Of a stretch of DNA of 63,886 nt, positions 60,470 through 63,886 are shown one piece after another. The notes under the pieces are model-generated. The model saw only the letters and a program-made list of their open reading frames with translations, searched no databases and was not told the DNA's origin. This DNA comes from Gracilinanus agilis. Taxonomy: Eukaryota. Both the position numbers and the translations under genes were made by a program. How positions within the stretch are numbered: the first letter of the stretch is position 1; the number at the start of each line of letters is the position of its first letter. The stretch lies in assembly GCF_016433145.1 (NCBI RefSeq), contig NC_058133.1:392277582-392341467 (forward strand), read 5' to 3'.

Positions 60470-61930
60470 CTACATTATAGAATAATAGAATATCAGAGTT
60501 GGAAAGGAACTCAGAGGCCTTTTGGTCCAACTGATACCCAAATAAGAATCTCTTTTATAATATACCCAGTAGGTAGCATCCTTCACTCAAAAACCTCCAG
60601 TAAAGGAAAACTCCTCCCCTTAGAGAACAGCCCATTCCATTTTGGATATCTCCAAATATTAGGAAGTTTTCTTTATCTGAAGTCTATATATTAGTCTATG
60701 TATTATTGTTTATATACTTAAGTATATATTTGCCTCTGAAATTTCCCTCTATTGATCTTAGTTCTTCCCTCTGAGATAAAAAATGCCAGTAGCCCCTTGC
60801 CTCAGAGACAGACCTCCTACTCTCTCAAGATCTAGAGGTAAAAAGATCCTAACTGTCAGGGCTGCTTCCTTTGCTCCATCCTGGTCTCCCTGGTAACAGA
60901 ATCTTCAACTCTGGCTCACTGACTCTGTCAGTTCTGATCTACTTAGAAACCCTGCTCTCTTGCCTCTTAAGGAGACAGAGGAAGAGTTTAAGAAAATCCC
61001 TTTAACACAGGTGAGGAAGCTTACTCTACTAATGCAGATCATCCAGAGTAACAAAGCCAGCATGTGTCACAGGCAAGACTTCAATTCAGATCTTCTTGGC
61101 TTTGGTTCTTGTTCTCTATATACACATTATGTAGCTCCTCTGTCTGTCTATTAAGTTGATGAAGAAAAAAAAATTTAGTCTGGCATCAACTGTTCTTAAT
61201 GAACGGGTGTTGGCTCTGTGTGAGCACTTATTCCTTTTCTACATAGTCACTAGACATCTTTCTAATAATACCTTCCTGGATTTTGCCAGGAGCCAAAGTC
61301 AAGGTCATTGTCTCACAGTTAATAGACTTCATTCTCTTCCTTTTTTTTTTTTTTGAAAATCAGGACATTTGTCTTTCATCCAGCAATATCTTTCCAATTT
61401 GCCACTATTTTTCCAAAGATAATTGGTTTGGCAGTCATACCTAATTGTACCCTAAAATGTAATTATTCTTTGACCTTTGATTTGAACTCATCAGGAGCAG
61501 CAAAGTGCTCCCTAAATATCTCCCTTTTTTCTTAGGTTTCAGTTCTCCATTAGCCATTTTTTTCCCTGTCATTTCCAGGACAAAAATCATTCTCTTTTCC
61601 AGAGAAAACAAGCATAATAAAAACTGATCAGTTTTGCTTTGTCTCTGTTATATATTATGATTGTTCCATCCAACTTAAGTTTTCTTTTAGCCTTCTCTTT
61701 TCTCCTTAGTTCTCACTCTATTTAACTAATTCTGAGTTTTATCAGTTTTGGCACTCTTCTGATAGGATCATGCCATTCTTTTTCTTTTAATCCTTTGTTA
61801 TTTGCCCTTGGTGCCATATAACAAATTTACAATTTTTAATTTCTCTTTTGGAGAGTGATATTAATGCCATCCCTTATTTTATTCCAATTCTTTGATATTA
61901 TTCCTTTCTGTCAAACTTTGTGAAAATTTA
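60470..61930 (-). mobile_element. Discontinuous L3/CR1 fragments (~60470-60780 and ~61350-61930)
   Basis: cagagttggaaaggaactcagaggcc...cagcccattccattttggat; gaaaatcaggacatttgtc...tttgaactcat. Confidence 0.6.
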
Positions 61931-61934
61931 TCTT

Positions 61935-62520
61935 TCTCAGACACTGAAAATGGGTAATGAATTGGATCCAGAATTGCATAGGAACAAGACAATAGGATGG
62001 ATAACATATGGGAAATTTCATGATGGTTTCAACCATCCCAACCTTTGAGGTAGTTATTAGGTGGTACCAACAAATAAATGACTTGTCCTGGAGTCCGGAA
62101 ACTTAAATTCAATTCTAGCCTCAGACATTTCACTTACTAGTTGTATTTCCCAGGCATGTCACTTAACCTCTCCTTGCCTCAGTTTACTCAACTGTTAAAC
62201 GGAATAGTAACAGCACCTAGCACAGTACCTGATATATAGTAGGTGCTGTTTTACCAGTACCACTGCCTTCAACAATGTATTCCTTATTATTCTACATGAC
62301 TATGGTATGGAACATGACAATCTCCAAAGAATAAAAAGTTTTGGAAACCTAAAGGGCAATGGATGTATGTAGGCTGTAGTGTATCACCAACAATGACTTG
62401 CACATTAGAAATGGTATTAAATATACCATATGAGAAATGCATGAAGGAAAGGAGTGGGCTGGTCATGTATCAGAAATAAGGGCATCATGATATTCTGTAT
62501 CAAATGCTAAGGGCTGTATT
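61935..62520 (+). mobile_element. RTE LINE reverse-transcriptase C-terminal fragment interrupted by a MIR (~62047-62250)
   Basis: Decayed translation QTLKMGNELDPELH...IGWITYGKFH...WAGHV matches the RTE ORF end. Confidence 0.8.
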
Positions 62521-62544
62521 AGTCCCCTTAAAATTCTAAAACAA

Positions 62545-62722
62545 GGGCAGCTGGGTAGCTCAGTGGAGTGAGAGTCAGGCCTAGAGACAGGAGGTCCTAG
62601 GTTCAAACCCGGCCTCAGCCACTTCCCAGCTGTGTGACCCTGGGCAAGTCACTTGACCCCCATTGCCCACCCTTACCACTCTTCCACCTATGAGACAATA
62701 CACCGAAGTTAAGGGTTAAAAA
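62545..62722 (+). mobile_element. Young SINE1_Mdo
   Basis: Near-consensus sequence with CpGs retained. Perfect 15-bp TSD aaaattctaaaacaa (62530-62544, 62723-62737). Confidence 0.96.
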
Positions 62723-63100
62723 AAAATTCTAAAACAAAGATCTGTGTTCAATGGACTTTTCCAGATTCATTTCATGATTCACATATACTATATTTCGGTC
62801 ATACTAGACTATTAATGGTTGCCTATCTAGTTTTGCTATCCCCTTCTTTGTGACTGCTGAAAGATTGCTTCCCCTGTCTGGAATGGATTTTACCTGTCTT
62901 CTCTTCCTCTTCCCTTGGAGGCTCATCTCAAGTGTCACCTATTCTATGAATCCTTTCCAATTTACCTCTGCTGATTTTTTCTCTAACACTATCCTTTGCC
63001 ATTATTGCAACATTGGCATACATGTGGTTTCCGCCCTAATAAACTGTAAGTTTACTGAAATCCAGAATGAGTTACTTCTCCCAAGTACTTTGCACTGTAT

Positions 63101-63160
<60 letters not shown>

Positions 63161-63170
63161 ATCTATATCT
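63101..63170. repeat. (ATCT)n tetranucleotide microsatellite; a second (TCTA)n lies at ~63478-63506
   Basis: Seen directly. Confidence 0.95.
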
Positions 63171-63886
63171 ATATATGTATATAGATATTTATATATAAGA
63201 GCATGTAGTTAATAATTGGTAAAGTAAATAATTTTCTTGTACTTTTTTTTTGATAATCTTGATAAAAACAGCAACAGCCACACTCTCCATAAGTTCATAT
63301 CATATGGGAAATTTTGCAGACTAAAATTTTCCCTGAGTTGGTCAAGGTCATATGCAAGATGAAATTCAAAGTTTGGAAAATATTAGATTATGCTCATGTT
63401 TAAGAAGCAAAACCATACTGAGTTGACATTGGGAGTATCTGGCTTTGCGAAAAGATCAAAGAAATAATCAACATATCAATCTATCTATCTATCTATCTAT
63501 CTATCTAATCCAATCTTTTTGTCCCCAAATAAGCAATTGTCCTCATTGCCTATGAAATAAGATCTACACTCCTTCATATATTGAAGATTTCTATAATTTG
63601 GCCAATTTCAGTTGTTTCCCAAAATTCCCCCTTGTCCTCCTAATTTTCCAGGCAAAAAAGTTGTTGTTTCCTGAACATATCCCACCGTATTCATTTCACC
63701 TGGATGCCCCCTTTACTTATTTGTGTGTAGTAGGTAACCCCAGCTCCACCTGCAGAATCCTACTATGTCTAAGACTTCCTCTAGATTTCCATAGCTCCTC
63801 GTAGTACTTTTCTTGTATTTCCTAATTACATATTATAATTGGTGTTATTAATTTACTAATCATTTCTTAAACTGCAAAGCACTGTT

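Noticed and set aside
1-63886. Bona fide tRNA, rRNA or known miRNA genes, and prokaryotic-type systems
   Set aside because: tRNA-like A/B boxes occur only as SINE heads. I saw no rRNA or familiar mature miRNA sequences by eye (not an exhaustive search), and the DNA is clearly marsupial.

Overview
AT-rich, CpG-poor, repeat-dense marsupial genomic DNA, most likely a didelphid opossum such as Monodelphis domestica. The species call rests on near-intact SINE1_Mdo-type SINEs with target-site duplications (TSDs), MAR1/MIR CORE-SINEs, marsupial L1 3' ends, L2, L3/CR1, RTE/BovB fragments, hAT and Tc1/mariner MITEs and solo LTRs. I found no intact protein-coding gene; the window looks intronic or intergenic. 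Two host-derived retrocopies are recognisable: a decayed, intronless NHEJ1 (XLF/Cernunnos) pseudogene at 9951-10527 (minus strand) and a 40-nt 3'-truncated U2 snRNA pseudogene with a perfect TSD at 18701-18740. The best unexplained signal is a 67-bp inverted duplicate 1.5 kb apart (48675-48741 and 50273-50339). Most of its mismatches become G-U pairs on the minus-strand RNA, and it would cover a candidate 3' splice site. Other unexplained features are a ~65-bp tandem array with alternating A/B units, a hAT MITE carrying a consensus CTCF motif, an unassigned CpG-retaining block at 44370-45060, and several minus-strand exon-like segments. There are three N gaps. Family names and the human XLF comparison come from memory, not database searches. 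Repeat boundaries without a stated TSD are approximate. I see no evidence of a wholly new multi-gene system.
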